Below, piece after piece: positions 40,514 through 50,005 of a stretch of 64,000 bases of DNA. Within the stretch, counting starts at the first letter, position 1. Each line of letters begins with the position of its first letter. Below the pieces are notes generated by a model. The model worked only from the letters and a program-made list of their open reading frames with translations. It ran no database searches and had not been told where the DNA came from. The DNA is from Deltaproteobacteria bacterium. GTDB taxonomy: Bacteria > Myxococcota_A > UBA9042 > DTJE01. A program made the position numbers and the translations under genes. The stretch covers positions 209,675 through 273,674 of the forward strand of contig JAKPOP010000010.1 in the NCBI GenBank assembly GCA_029547805.1. The letters run 5' to 3'.

Positions 40514-41521
40514 GTGGCCAGCACGACCGCGGAGCAGTGGAATCGGGTCCGTTTCCTGGACCCGGGCCCCATCGTCGAGTCCCTCTTCCTGAAACTGCAC
40601 CTCCCAGGGGAAGGGGCCTTCTGGGCCCGCTACACCCTGCGCCGGGGTCCCGACGGGGATCACGGAGGCCTGTGGGGCGTCTTCAGCGGGCCCGACGGGA
40701 TGGCCGCCGCCTGCCACCTCTACCCCAGGGACCAGGTGGACATCGCCCGGGACCGCTTCTTCCTGCGGATCGGCCCCGGCGAGCTGTCGATGGGCCGGGC
40801 GGTGGGCACGGTCACTGGCCTGAAGTCCCGGGAGGGGTCCCCCCTGGCGGGGGACCTGGCCTGGGACCTGGCCTTCTCGTCGGGCCCCCACTGGACCGCC
40901 CTGCCGTTCGACTGGCTCCAGCGAGGCCCCTTTCCCCGGAACAAGGTCCTGTCCCCCCTGGCCTTCACCCGCTTCTCGGGGGTGATCCGGATCGGGTCCC
41001 GAGAAATCCGCGTGCGCCAGGCCCCGGGGATGCAGGGCCACAACTGGGGAGCCGCCGTGGCTCCCCGGTGGGCCTGGGGACATGTGGCGGGCTTCGAGGA
41101 GGACCCGGAGGCGGTGCTGGAGGTGGTCCACGGGGGCATCCCGGCGGGGCCCTGGCAGGTGCCGGTGACCGCGGCGCTGGTCCGCATGGGCGGGCGGGAA
41201 TGGCGCCTGAACGGCCCCCTGGCGATGGCCCGGGCCCGGTCCCGGGTGGACGGCCTGCGCTGGGTCCTCGAGGCCCGGGGAGGGGGTCTGGTCCTCCGAG
41301 GCGCCCTGGAGGCGCCCCTGGACCGGACCCTTGGACTGGACTACCGGTCGTCGGACGGCCGCATCATCCGGGTGGTGAACAGCAATCAGGCCACGGCCCG
41401 CCTCGAGGTCGAGGGACCGGAGGGCGTCGGGAGGCGGCGCCTGCACGCCTCAGGGACCGCCACGCTGGAACTGGGTGGGGACCTGGCCCCCCGAGACCTG
41501 CCGGGAGTCGTGCTGGGCTGA
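40514..41521 (+). CDS. Hypothetical protein
   Basis: The GTG at 40514 has an AGGAGG RBS 5 nt upstream. Coding-like composition and no recognisable motif. It overlaps the 3' end of dacB convergently by about 70 nt. Confidence 0.5.
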   Translation: MASTTAEQWNRVRFLDPGPIVESLFLKLHLPGEGAFWARYTLRRGPDGDHGGLWGVFSGPDGMAAACHLYPRDQVDIARDRFFLRIGPGELSMGRAVGTVTGLKSREGSPLAGDLAWDLAFSSGPHWTALPFDWLQRGPFPRNKVLSPLAFTRFSGVIRIGSREIRVRQAPGMQGHNWGAAVAPRWAWGHVAGFEEDPEAVLEVVHGGIPAGPWQVPVTAALVRMGGREWRLNGPLAMARARSRVDGLRWVLEARGGGLVLRGALEAPLDRTLGLDYRSSDGRIIRVVNSNQATARLEVEGPEGVGRRRLHASGTATLELGGDLAPRDLPGVVLG

Positions 41522-43000
41522 GCCCGACTCCACCAGGGTGTTCCAGAGGCCGACCAGCGCCCGGTCCATGGCCCCCCGGACCTCGTTGCGGTCCCAGCCG
41601 GGGCACTTCCGCCCCTCCGAAGGACAGGGCGGCCCCTCGACCAGGAAGGCGAACTCCACGGGGTCCCCGTCGGGGAGTTCCAGGTAGCCGGCCAGACTGA
41701 CCACCCGATCCAGCGTGCCGGTCTTGGCCCGGACGCGGCCCTCCAGGGGGCTCCCCTTCAGCCGCCTTCGCATCGTCCCCGTGTCGGCCCCGGCCACGGC
41801 CAGGGTCTCGCGGAAGACCGGAAACCAGGGCTGGGCACGGACCCATCGGAGCAGGTGCACGGTGGCCTCGGGCGTGACCTCGTTGGCGTCGTAGAGGCCA
41901 GACCCGTTCCGGAACCGAGCCCCGGCCTCGGGAATCCCGACCTGATCCCGCAGGAAGCGATGGAGCGCCGTAACGCCCCCGGCGAATCCCACCCGCGGGG
42001 CCTCGCCCTTCCCGGCCGGCCTTCCCAGTTCCCGGAGGATCGCCTCGGCGACTGGATTCAGGCTGTCTCGGATCATCGGGACCAGGATCTCCGCCAGGGG
42101 GGCCGACTCGACCCGGCAGACCTCCCGTGCGCCGGGGGGAACCGTGCCTGGCTGCCCCGCCGAGGACACGGCGATCCCGGCGTCCTTCAGGGCCTGCTGA
42201 AAGGCCCCCAGGGCGTGCCCCTGGGGGTCCGGGACCCGGAAGGACTCCACGTGGACCCTGCGGCCGGACAGACGCCCCGAGACCTGGATCACGAGCCTCC
42301 CATCCGGGTCCTCCCGAGCCCGGACCCGGAAGGGGTCCTTCCGAGCCCCAGGCGAGGACCCGCCGGCAGTCACCGACCGGTTGTCCAGCACCACCCGATC
42401 CGAGGTGGTGGAGAGGGAGGCGCTGGTGGGCTCTCCGGGCTTGCCCGGGCGGACGGTCAACGTCACGGCCCCCAGGTCCACTTGAAAGGGCGCGGCACCG
42501 GCGCGGTAGGGCGCCAGCGTGGCCTTCCGATCAAATCTCGGCGGGGTGGCCCCAGGGTCCAGTCCGCCAGGGTCCAGGACCAGCCGCGCAATCCTCCGGA
42601 CTCCCTGTTGCTGGAGGCAGCGGGCCATCTCCTCCAGAGACTTCCTGGTCAGGGTGGGGTCCCCCGAGGCCCGGATCGCGACCCCGTCCTTCCCGCCGCT
42701 TGCGAAGCGCCAGGACGTGGTGACGAAGCGGAACTCCGGCCCGAGGCGATCCAGGGCCGCCGCACCGGTGAAGACCTTGCTGACGGAGGCCGGATTCCGA
42801 GGCTCGTCGGCCCGGTGAGCGGCCAGCACCCGGTCGCCCCGGCTCATGATCGCCCCGACCCGCGCCCCCCGCGACTCGAGGGCCTTCAGGGGAGCCAGGA
42901 GGTCCGGGGCAGGGCCCGCCAGGACCGGCACGGCCAACAGGAACGGGGCGACGCAGGAGACGGTCCAGAGACCCGCGCGTCCCGAGGCCCGCCTTCCCAT
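41450..43000 (-). CDS. dacB: D-alanyl-D-alanine carboxypeptidase/endopeptidase (PBP4, peptidase S13)
   Basis: Signal peptide MGRRASGRAGLWTVSCVAPFLLAVPVLAG. Active-site SxxK (NPASVSKVF), SxN-like and KTG (RAKTGTLD) motifs. The ATG at 43000 has a GAGGGGAG RBS. Confidence 0.85.
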   Translation of the reverse strand: MGRRASGRAGLWTVSCVAPFLLAVPVLAGPAPDLLAPLKALESRGARVGAIMSRGDRVLAAHRADEPRNPASVSKVFTGAAALDRLGPEFRFVTTSWRFASGGKDGVAIRASGDPTLTRKSLEEMARCLQQQGVRRIARLVLDPGGLDPGATPPRFDRKATLAPYRAGAAPFQVDLGAVTLTVRPGKPGEPTSASLSTTSDRVVLDNRSVTAGGSSPGARKDPFRVRAREDPDGRLVIQVSGRLSGRRVHVESFRVPDPQGHALGAFQQALKDAGIAVSSAGQPGTVPPGAREVCRVESAPLAEILVPMIRDSLNPVAEAILRELGRPAGKGEAPRVGFAGGVTALHRFLRDQVGIPEAGARFRNGSGLYDANEVTPEATVHLLRWVRAQPWFPVFRETLAVAGADTGTMRRRLKGSPLEGRVRAKTGTLDRVVSLAGYLELPDGDPVEFAFLVEGPPCPSEGRKCPGWDRNEVRGAMDRALVGLWNTLVESGSAQHDSRQVSGGQVPTQFQRGGP

Positions 43001-43011
43001 GGCGGCTCCCC

Positions 43012-44082
43012 TCATGGAGCGGCGTCGGCGGCGCAGCGGAAGCCCACGTCCGGCCGGACCTGGTCCAGGGACCATTTCTGGCTCCGGTCCACGGTCCGGG
43101 CCCGGCAGATGTTGTTCTTGTTGGTCAGGAAGTTGCCCCCCCGGACCGCCACCTCGGTCCCGGAGGTGACCCGAAGCACGTCGGGCGACTGCTCGCCCTG
43201 ATACTGGATGCAGCGGGGCAGGCCCCTCGGGGCGAACACCGCCGCGGAGCACTGGGTGAAGCAGGCGTCACCGGCACTCTCGCAGGCGGGGCACTGGGTG
43301 TAGCAGTCCTCCTTGCAGGCGGCCGTCAGACAGGCGAAGCAGTCGCAGGACTCCGGGAGGGCATCCCGGCAGGTCAGGTTCTCCCGCCAGCGGTTGTCCA
43401 CCCACTCCGACACGTTGCCGGTCAGGTCCCAGATCTTCCGGTCCCCCTCCAGCACCCAGTCGTCGGCAGACCCTTTCACCGGATTGGGCCGCTGGACCCC
43501 CGTGCAGGCCAGCATCGCCACGTTCAAGGACTCGGCCGGACACTTCTCCAACGGCTTCGCGCCGTTCTGGATGGCCGACCGGCGCTTGTCGGCCTCCTCG
43601 CCTGCAAGGCCCGCCGCAGCCCGCTCCCACTCCACCTCGGTGGGCAGACGGCGACCGAGAAACTCGCAGTACTGCCGAGCCTGCTCCTGGGTGACCCCGA
43701 AGACCGGGTAGTCGTCGAAGTCAGGATTGCCGAAATAGTCCTCGACGCCGGTGGTGCCGGTGATCTTCGGCTCGGTGCAGGCCCCCATCTCGACGCAGTA
43801 GCGGTACTGGAAGTTGGTGACCTCGTGCTCCTCGATCTGGAAGGGCGGCAGGTTCACGAGGACGGTCGGCCAGGCCTTCTTGAGCCCGGCAGGGTCCCGG
43901 TTCTGCTCTGCGTCCTTGCACTGGATGGGGGTCTCGCCGATATTGAAGCACGTCTCGGTGCTCCCGAACAGGAACAGGCCCCCGGCAATCGGCACCAGAG
44001 GAGTGGGGTCCGGCGGCTTCACGCCGGTCACGCAGCCCCCGAACGCCCACAGGATCGTCGTCCACGTGAGTTGTCGACGCAT
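43012..44082 (-). CDS. Formylglycine-generating-enzyme (SUMF1/FGE-sulfatase) domain lipoprotein with Cys-rich insert
   Basis: Lipoprotein signal MRRQLTWTTILWAFGGC. FGE-like motifs ..FQIEEHEVTNFQYRYCVEMGAC.., ..GNVSEWVDN.. and ..RGGNF... A Cys-dense segment CDCFACLTAACKEDCYTQCPACESAGDACFTQC is inserted. GAGGAGGAG RBS. Confidence 0.75.
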   Translation of the reverse strand: MRRQLTWTTILWAFGGCVTGVKPPDPTPLVPIAGGLFLFGSTETCFNIGETPIQCKDAEQNRDPAGLKKAWPTVLVNLPPFQIEEHEVTNFQYRYCVEMGACTEPKITGTTGVEDYFGNPDFDDYPVFGVTQEQARQYCEFLGRRLPTEVEWERAAAGLAGEEADKRRSAIQNGAKPLEKCPAESLNVAMLACTGVQRPNPVKGSADDWVLEGDRKIWDLTGNVSEWVDNRWRENLTCRDALPESCDCFACLTAACKEDCYTQCPACESAGDACFTQCSAAVFAPRGLPRCIQYQGEQSPDVLRVTSGTEVAVRGGNFLTNKNNICRARTVDRSQKWSLDQVRPDVGFRCAADAAP

Positions 44083-44093
44083 CTTGCTCCTCC

Positions 44094-45242
44094 TCACCAC
44101 GACCCCGAGACGCCCACCACCGCCGATCGCCCCTCGGGGCCCGGAATCGCGAAGGGGGCCCAGGTCGTCCGGGCCTCCAGGCGGTCCTCGGGCCGGACGG
44201 CCTTCCGGGTGTACTCCCAGATCACGAGCCCCGTCCCCAGCGCCAGCAGTCCTGAACCGACTCCGTACCCCACGTAGGCCCAGGTGCGGTAGGTCTTGAA
44301 GCGGTCCGTCGTGTTGAACTCCTTGTTGGCCTCGTACCGGAGCCAGAATCCGGCCCCGAGCCCCCCGGCCCCCAGGATCATCGACGCCACACCGACTCCC
44401 CCGCGCCAGGAGAAGGGGTTGTGCACGAGCACCAGTTCCGCCTGGACGTCCGTGACGGCCCCGGCATGGATCTCCACCACCTCGGCCTTCTGGGTGTAGT
44501 CGTCCTTCTCCACCAGCACCTGGTGACGCCCGGCCTCCAGCCGCAGGGGCTCCTCCAGCGGCGACGCCGCGACCACCTTGCCGTCGACGTAGATCCGGGC
44601 CTTGCGGATGTTCACGAAGACCCGCAGGAACCCATCGTTGCGGATCCGCTCCAGGGCGAAGGTCAGCCGGAGAGGCTCCCGGGACCGCACCAGGAACTCC
44701 CGCTCAAACCCCTGGTACCCGGGTTTCCGCAGGAACACCTTGTGGGTCCCCTCGGGCAGGTGCGTGGTGAAGGGAGTCTGACCCAGCAGCCGCTCCGGGT
44801 CATCCACGTAGATGTCCGCCCCCTGGGGGTCCGAGTCGATCGTGACCTCCGGAAGGGCCAGGAAGGCCTTTTCCCGCATCACGTCGATGGTCCGTCGGAC
44901 GTCCTCCGCATCCGGTGGCTCGGCACCCTGGTTCTGGGCGACGAAGAGGTCCAGGTACGCCCGGTAGGCATCGGCGGCCTTCTGGTACTCGGCGGCCTTC
45001 TCCCAGGCCTTTGCCGCGTTGAACAGGTTGCTGGGATGGGGGAACAGGGCCTGCGCCTCCTGGAAGAGCCGGGCCGCCTCGACGAAGCGCCCGGCCTCGA
45101 AGGCCTCCATGCCCTGCCGCGCCTTCTGCTGGGCGACCTCCCGATCCGGCGCCGCCGCGGGCGGTTCCCCGGCCCCCTGCCCCCGGACCTCCCCGGCCCC
45201 CAACAGGACCACTGCCACGACCCAAAGCCCGATCCGTCGCAT
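44094..45242 (-). CDS. PEGA-domain protein with N-terminal TPR-like region and C-terminal TM helices
   Basis: Signal peptide MRRIGLWVVAVVLLGAG. PEGA-like beta-sandwich segments (VTIDSDPQGADIYVDD..; FVNIRKARIYVDGKVV). Confidence 0.7.
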   Translation of the reverse strand: MRRIGLWVVAVVLLGAGEVRGQGAGEPPAAAPDREVAQQKARQGMEAFEAGRFVEAARLFQEAQALFPHPSNLFNAAKAWEKAAEYQKAADAYRAYLDLFVAQNQGAEPPDAEDVRRTIDVMREKAFLALPEVTIDSDPQGADIYVDDPERLLGQTPFTTHLPEGTHKVFLRKPGYQGFEREFLVRSREPLRLTFALERIRNDGFLRVFVNIRKARIYVDGKVVAASPLEEPLRLEAGRHQVLVEKDDYTQKAEVVEIHAGAVTDVQAELVLVHNPFSWRGGVGVASMILGAGGLGAGFWLRYEANKEFNTTDRFKTYRTWAYVGYGVGSGLLALGTGLVIWEYTRKAVRPEDRLEARTTWAPFAIPGPEGRSAVVGVSGSW

Positions 45243-45374
45243 CGTCCTCCCCCCTTCGATCGACACCCAGGCAGCCTGTGCGCGGCGATCGGGATCGCCC
45301 TTGCCCATGCGATGGGAAAACCGCCTAGAATGCTAGGGCTGGCCCTGAGGTGAGTCAAGGAACGGGGGACGACG

Positions 45375-46304
45375 ATGCGGCGGAGACGACTGGGGTCGAC
45401 CGACTGGCAGGTCTCGGCGATGGCCGTGGGGACCTGGGCGATGGGCGGCGTTGACTTCGGCCGGGTGGACGACCGGGACTCGGTCAAGGCGATTCACCGG
45501 GCGATGGACCTCGGGATCAACCTGTTCGACACCGCCCCGATCTACGGGTCCGGGCGGTCCGAGGAGGTGCTGGGCAAGGCCCTCCGGGGGATCCGGGGCG
45601 AGGTCCTGGTGGCCACCAAGTGCGGACCGGTAGAGCCCCGGCCGGGGCTGGTCCGAATGGACTGCTCCCCGGAGGGGATCGAGGCCCAGGTGGAGGCCAG
45701 CCTGCGACGCCTCCGGACCGACTGGATCGACCTGCTGCAACTCCACTGGCCCGACCCGGCCTGGCCCATCGAGGGGGCCGTCGAGGCGATGGACCGGCTG
45801 CGGCGGGCGGGCCTGGTGCGGGAACTGGGGGTGTCCAACACCTCCGCCGACGAACTGAGACGGGCCCTGGGAGCTGGCCCGGTGAAGACCCTCCAGCCCC
45901 GCTACAACCTGCTGGAACGGGACTTCGAAAAGGAATTGCTGCCGCTGACCCGGGAGCGAGACCTGGGGGTGCTGGTGTACGAGCCCCTGGCCCGAGGTCT
46001 CCTGTCGGGCCGGATGGAGACCACCCGGCGTTTCGACCCTGGGGATGTCCGCCTGGCGGACCCGCGGTTCCGGGGTGAGGCCTTCCGGCGCAACCTGGAA
46101 CGGGTGGAGCGGCTGCGACAGGTTGCGGGCCGCCACGGGCTCACATGTCTGCAGGCCGCCATCGCCTGGGTCCTCTCCCAGGGGGACCACCTGGTGGCCC
46201 TCTGTGGCGCCAAGACGGCCCTGCAGGTCGTGGAGAACGCCCGGGCGGCGGAGATCGACCTGGACCCCGCCACGGCAGAGGAGTTCGCTGCCGCGGTGGA
46301 GTGA
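45375..46304 (+). CDS. Aldo/keto reductase
   Basis: LGTWAMGG..DTAPIYGSGRSEEVLGKAL..ATKCG..IDLLQLHWPD..GVSNTS are AKR catalytic-tetrad regions. Confidence 0.9.
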   Translation: MRRRRLGSTDWQVSAMAVGTWAMGGVDFGRVDDRDSVKAIHRAMDLGINLFDTAPIYGSGRSEEVLGKALRGIRGEVLVATKCGPVEPRPGLVRMDCSPEGIEAQVEASLRRLRTDWIDLLQLHWPDPAWPIEGAVEAMDRLRRAGLVRELGVSNTSADELRRALGAGPVKTLQPRYNLLERDFEKELLPLTRERDLGVLVYEPLARGLLSGRMETTRRFDPGDVRLADPRFRGEAFRRNLERVERLRQVAGRHGLTCLQAAIAWVLSQGDHLVALCGAKTALQVVENARAAEIDLDPATAEEFAAAVE

Positions 46305-46333
46305 CGGCGCCGGAAAGGGACCGCCGGACCGCC

Positions 46334-47110
46334 CTACCACTTCCGGGGACGACTCGGGCGGCGTCCGGGCCGCAGCACGCGCCAGACCAGGGCCCCGAAC
46401 CACTCGGCGGGACCCAGCACCACGTAGAGCAGGCCCAGGGTCAGCAGCACGGCGCTGGTGTGGGTCTTCAGCACCGCGATCAGCAGCAGGCACGCTCCGA
46501 TCAGAATGCCGGCCTTGCCCCAGGGCCCTATCCGAACGTGCTTGAAGTTGCGGTAGCGGACGGTGCTGACCATCAGCACCGCCATGGTCACTGTCGCGGA
46601 GCCCACCAGCACGGTCCGGATCGGCTCCCCGACCTCCAGGTCCACGAGGGTCCAGCAGAGGGTCGCGATGATCCCGGCGCCCCCGGGAATCGGGAGCCCG
46701 GTGAAATAGCCCGTGGGCCCCCGGGCCCGTGCCGCCTGGACGTTGAACCGGGCCAGGCGCAGGGCCCCGCAGGCGACGAAGAAGAAGGCCAGGAAGGTGC
46801 CGACGTAGCCCCCGTGACCGTCGAGGTGCCGCAGGGCGAAGACCCAGGACAGCACCGCAGGGGCCATGCCGAAGGACAGCACGTCGGCCAGGGAGTCCAG
46901 TTCCACCCCGAAGGCGGACTCGGTCCGGGTGAGGCGGGCCACCCGCCCGTCGATGCCATCGGCGATGGCCGCCAGGATGATCGCCAGGGCCGCGTTCCGG
47001 CAGGCCTCGTCGGTGCCGGGCATGCAGGAGAGGATGGCCCACATCCCCAGCAGGATGCTGCTCAGGGTGAAGAGGTTCGGCAGGATGAACTTGCTCTGGC
47101 GCAGGTCCAT
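46334..47110 (-). CDS. pssA: CDP-diacylglycerol--serine O-phosphatidyltransferase
   Basis: CDP-alcohol phosphatidyltransferase motif DGIDGRVAR..G..LDSLADVLSFG. Multi-TM protein. Confidence 0.85.
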   Translation of the reverse strand: MDLRQSKFILPNLFTLSSILLGMWAILSCMPGTDEACRNAALAIILAAIADGIDGRVARLTRTESAFGVELDSLADVLSFGMAPAVLSWVFALRHLDGHGGYVGTFLAFFFVACGALRLARFNVQAARARGPTGYFTGLPIPGGAGIIATLCWTLVDLEVGEPIRTVLVGSATVTMAVLMVSTVRYRNFKHVRIGPWGKAGILIGACLLLIAVLKTHTSAVLLTLGLLYVVLGPAEWFGALVWRVLRPGRRPSRPRKW

Positions 47111-47281
47111 GGGGGAAGGGTAGTCCACCGGCGGCCATCAGGGCAAGCACCTCCTCCGGGACCGTCGTCCCCTGCCATGGGTGCTTCCCTGACGCCAACC
47201 GATCAAAGGCCCTCTTTTCGCGCTTTCCGTGGCGGTTCCCCTTGCGTATCATTGCCCCCGGCCCTGGCATGGGAGCCCCCG

Positions 47282-48049
47282 ATGCGCCCGGTCCCTCTGG
47301 TTCTGCTGGCGTGCTGCCTCGCGGCACTCTCCTGTGGCCTGGTGGACGACTACCCCACCGGCCTGGGCCAGGGGGCCCTCCCGGGAGACCCGTTGTACCC
47401 GAAGCCGGACCCGGGTCCCTCGGGATGCGCGGTCCCGACCGATCCGGGGACCTCCGATGTCCCGGACCTGGCGGTGTCCGACCTGTCGGGCATGGCCTGG
47501 CGATTCGACGCCCTGGCCCTGGGCCGGCCCCTGACGGAAGACCTGCTGCCCCTGGTGAACCAGGTCGTCGCGGATCAGGTCTCCCAGCAGCAGTTGAACC
47601 TGCTGCTGGCGGTGGACCAGGACGACCGGGAGGCCGGTACGCTCCGGGGCCGGGTGGGCACCGCCACCCCGAACCAGGATGCCTGGGCCTTCCAGGGGAC
47701 CCCCTCGGAGGTGAGGCTGGGACTGGATCGCTCCCGCTTCCAGTCCACCGACGAGTCCTCCCTGAGCATCTCGGTCGCCATCGGGACGGATACGCTGACG
47801 CTGCCGATCCAGGCCCTGCGCCTGTTCGGGGCCTTCCCCTCCGACGCGACGACGATCGGGGATGGCCGCATCCAGGGCGCCATCACCGTCGAGGATGCAG
47901 CGCAGGTGTCGATCCCCCTCTACGGGACCCTCCAGGTGCTGATGGAGACCAACGAGGTCCCGCCAGACACCACCGTCGGCCCGGATCGGAAACCGGCCTG
48001 GTCCTTCGAGGCGACCTTCACCGCGGTGAAGGTCCCCCTGGCCCCGTGA
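47282..48049 (+). CDS. Hypothetical lipoprotein
   Basis: MRPVPLVLLACCLAALSCG lipobox. Coding-like composition. The upstream 379 codons of the track ORF are antisense to pssA. Confidence 0.6.
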   Translation: MRPVPLVLLACCLAALSCGLVDDYPTGLGQGALPGDPLYPKPDPGPSGCAVPTDPGTSDVPDLAVSDLSGMAWRFDALALGRPLTEDLLPLVNQVVADQVSQQQLNLLLAVDQDDREAGTLRGRVGTATPNQDAWAFQGTPSEVRLGLDRSRFQSTDESSLSISVAIGTDTLTLPIQALRLFGAFPSDATTIGDGRIQGAITVEDAAQVSIPLYGTLQVLMETNEVPPDTTVGPDRKPAWSFEATFTAVKVPLAP

Positions 48050-48074
48050 CGCCCCCCTTTCCAGGAGCATCGCC

Positions 48075-49178
48075 ATGAGACGCCCCCCTTCCAGGCTCGC
48101 CGGAATCCTCCTGGTGGTCCTCTGGGCCTTCTCGGCCACCGGCCTGGCCCGGATGAAGACCGAGACCACCGGGGCCGCGGTGCAGCCCACGACCCGGACG
48201 GACTTTCTGCGTCATCCCCACGACTCCAAGTACTACACCGAGTCGTGGACCATGATCCTCCAGTCCGAGGAAGGGCACATCCTCTACGTCAACTTCATGT
48301 ACAGCAACATCGGGGTGACCTCGGGCCGAAGCGCGGTGAGCGTGAACCTGACGATGCCCGGGGGCCAGGGGAAGCCCTATGGCTGGGAATACGACCAGGA
48401 CGACTATCGCGAGGATTTCGACAAGAACACGCTGACCATCGGCCCCCACGCCCTCACCCTCGATGGCCGGACCGCGACCTTCCGGGTCGAGGGGTCGGAA
48501 CTCCGTCTCCACGGCACCCTCCGTGGCTGGAACAACGGCGTCAAGTTCCACGGCGGTCGGATCTGCCTGGACGACGGCTGCAAGGACTTCGTGCAGTCGT
48601 TCTTCCATGTCCCCCGGGGGGACTTCGAGGCGGACCTGTCGGTCGCCGGCCAGCGCCTGCGCCTGAAGGGCGCCGGCTACCTGGACCACATGGTGAACAC
48701 CGAGATGAGCAGCAAATGGTCCTCCCACTGGTGGACCGTCCGGTATTTCCACAAGGACTACACGGTGGCCCTGCTGGCCTTCCGCCCTCGGAAGGACTAC
48801 GGGTCAGGCACCATCCTGCGGCTGCTGTTCGCCGACCGGAACCGGGTGCTGGCCCTCACGGACCGCTTCACCCTGGAGACGGACCAGGAGGCCCGGGACC
48901 CCTCCAAGAAGGGACACTCCTACGCCACGAGATACCGGATCGAGGTTCCCCTGCCCAAGGGGTCCCTCCGGGGCCTCTTCACGGGCCGGCGGGTCCATGA
49001 GCGGGACGCCGTGCTGGAGCGCCTGCCCTGGGCCCAGCGGACGATCGCCCAGGCGGTGGCCGGAAATCCGGTGATCTATCGTCAGGAGGGCACCCCGGAC
49101 CTGGTGCTGGTGTTGGATGACGACACCGAGGTCCACCTCTCCGAGGGCACCGCCCTCATGGAGTCCATCGTCAACTGA
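48075..49178 (+). CDS. Hypothetical secreted protein (possible lipocalin/AttH-CrtC-like fold)
   Basis: Signal peptide MRRPPSRLAGILLVVLWAFSATGLA. The beta-rich, Trp/Tyr-rich sequence has no decisive motif. Confidence 0.6.
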   Translation: MRRPPSRLAGILLVVLWAFSATGLARMKTETTGAAVQPTTRTDFLRHPHDSKYYTESWTMILQSEEGHILYVNFMYSNIGVTSGRSAVSVNLTMPGGQGKPYGWEYDQDDYREDFDKNTLTIGPHALTLDGRTATFRVEGSELRLHGTLRGWNNGVKFHGGRICLDDGCKDFVQSFFHVPRGDFEADLSVAGQRLRLKGAGYLDHMVNTEMSSKWSSHWWTVRYFHKDYTVALLAFRPRKDYGSGTILRLLFADRNRVLALTDRFTLETDQEARDPSKKGHSYATRYRIEVPLPKGSLRGLFTGRRVHERDAVLERLPWAQRTIAQAVAGNPVIYRQEGTPDLVLVLDDDTEVHLSEGTALMESIVN

Positions 49179-49275
49179 TCCTCCCTCCCGGGGATTCGCT
49201 TCTCCCTGGCCTCCGTGCTGCCGGCCCCAATGAACCCGGACAAAAACCTTCCTATTGAAATCATTTATTTTTCCA

Positions 49276-49304
49276 TTGACGGCCCGAGTGGTCTTGGTTA
49301 GCGT
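49276..49304 (+). promoter_or_regulatory. Putative promoter (TTGACG-17nt-TAGCGT) inside an unusually AT-rich island with ATTGA direct repeats
   Basis: The stretch 49240-49300 (caaaaaccttcctattgaaatcatttatttttccattgacgg) stands out from the 70+% GC background. It is 60-90 bp upstream of the respiratory-module operon. Confidence 0.3.
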
Positions 49305-49363
49305 CCCCACCAGGATGTCCCGGCCTCCCTGCCGGGCGGTTTCTCTCTCACCCGGAGGTACGA

Positions 49364-50005
49364 ATGGATGGCTTTCTCTCCTTCCTCTCGGGACCGCTGT
49401 TCCGATTCTGCCTGACGGTGGCGATCCTGGGGGTCCTGTCCCAGTTCCTGCAGAACGCGATGATCCTGGTCGCCACGGATCCGGGCCGCCCCTTCCGGGC
49501 GCTGGGGCAGGGTCTGCGACGCTGGATGGACCCCGTCACGCGTACCCGCCGCAACCCGTGGTGGGTCGAGGTGCTGGTCTGGGCATCGGTGGCCGGGGTC
49601 GTCGTGGTGCCCCTCTTCTACCTGGGCCATGCCCGCCTCTGGGGACGGTCCCTGGGCCTGCTGTGGCCGGCGGTCCCGGCGGCCTGGTCCGACGTGCTGA
49701 CCCGGGTCACGATGGTCACGTTGGGCCTCCTGTTGCTGGCCCGCCTGCTGGACCGGTCGGTCCGGCGGTCCTGGACCCTGGTGGACTGGGGCCCCCTGGT
49801 GCTGGCCTGGACGGCCTTCGTGACCGGCTATCTGGTCGCCCACCCGGGCCGCAGCCCCTTCGCGCCCGACACGACGGCCCTGCTGCACTTCCTGTCGGCG
49901 GACCTGTTGCTGGTGCTGCTGCCCTTCACTCGGGTCTCCCGGTGCGTGCTGATGCCGCCGCCCTGCGAGGGATCGGCCCCGACGACCCCGGAGGTGACGC
50001 GATGA
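49364..50005 (+). CDS. Integral membrane protein (4-5 TM), first gene of the respiratory module; possibly a NarI/DsrM-like haem-b subunit
   Basis: GGAGG RBS. Hydrophobic helices carry conserved His (YLGHARLW, YLVAHPG, LLHFL). The stop overlaps the next start (ATGA). Confidence 0.55.
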   Translation: MDGFLSFLSGPLFRFCLTVAILGVLSQFLQNAMILVATDPGRPFRALGQGLRRWMDPVTRTRRNPWWVEVLVWASVAGVVVVPLFYLGHARLWGRSLGLLWPAVPAAWSDVLTRVTMVTLGLLLLARLLDRSVRRSWTLVDWGPLVLAWTAFVTGYLVAHPGRSPFAPDTTALLHFLSADLLLVLLPFTRVSRCVLMPPPCEGSAPTTPEVTR

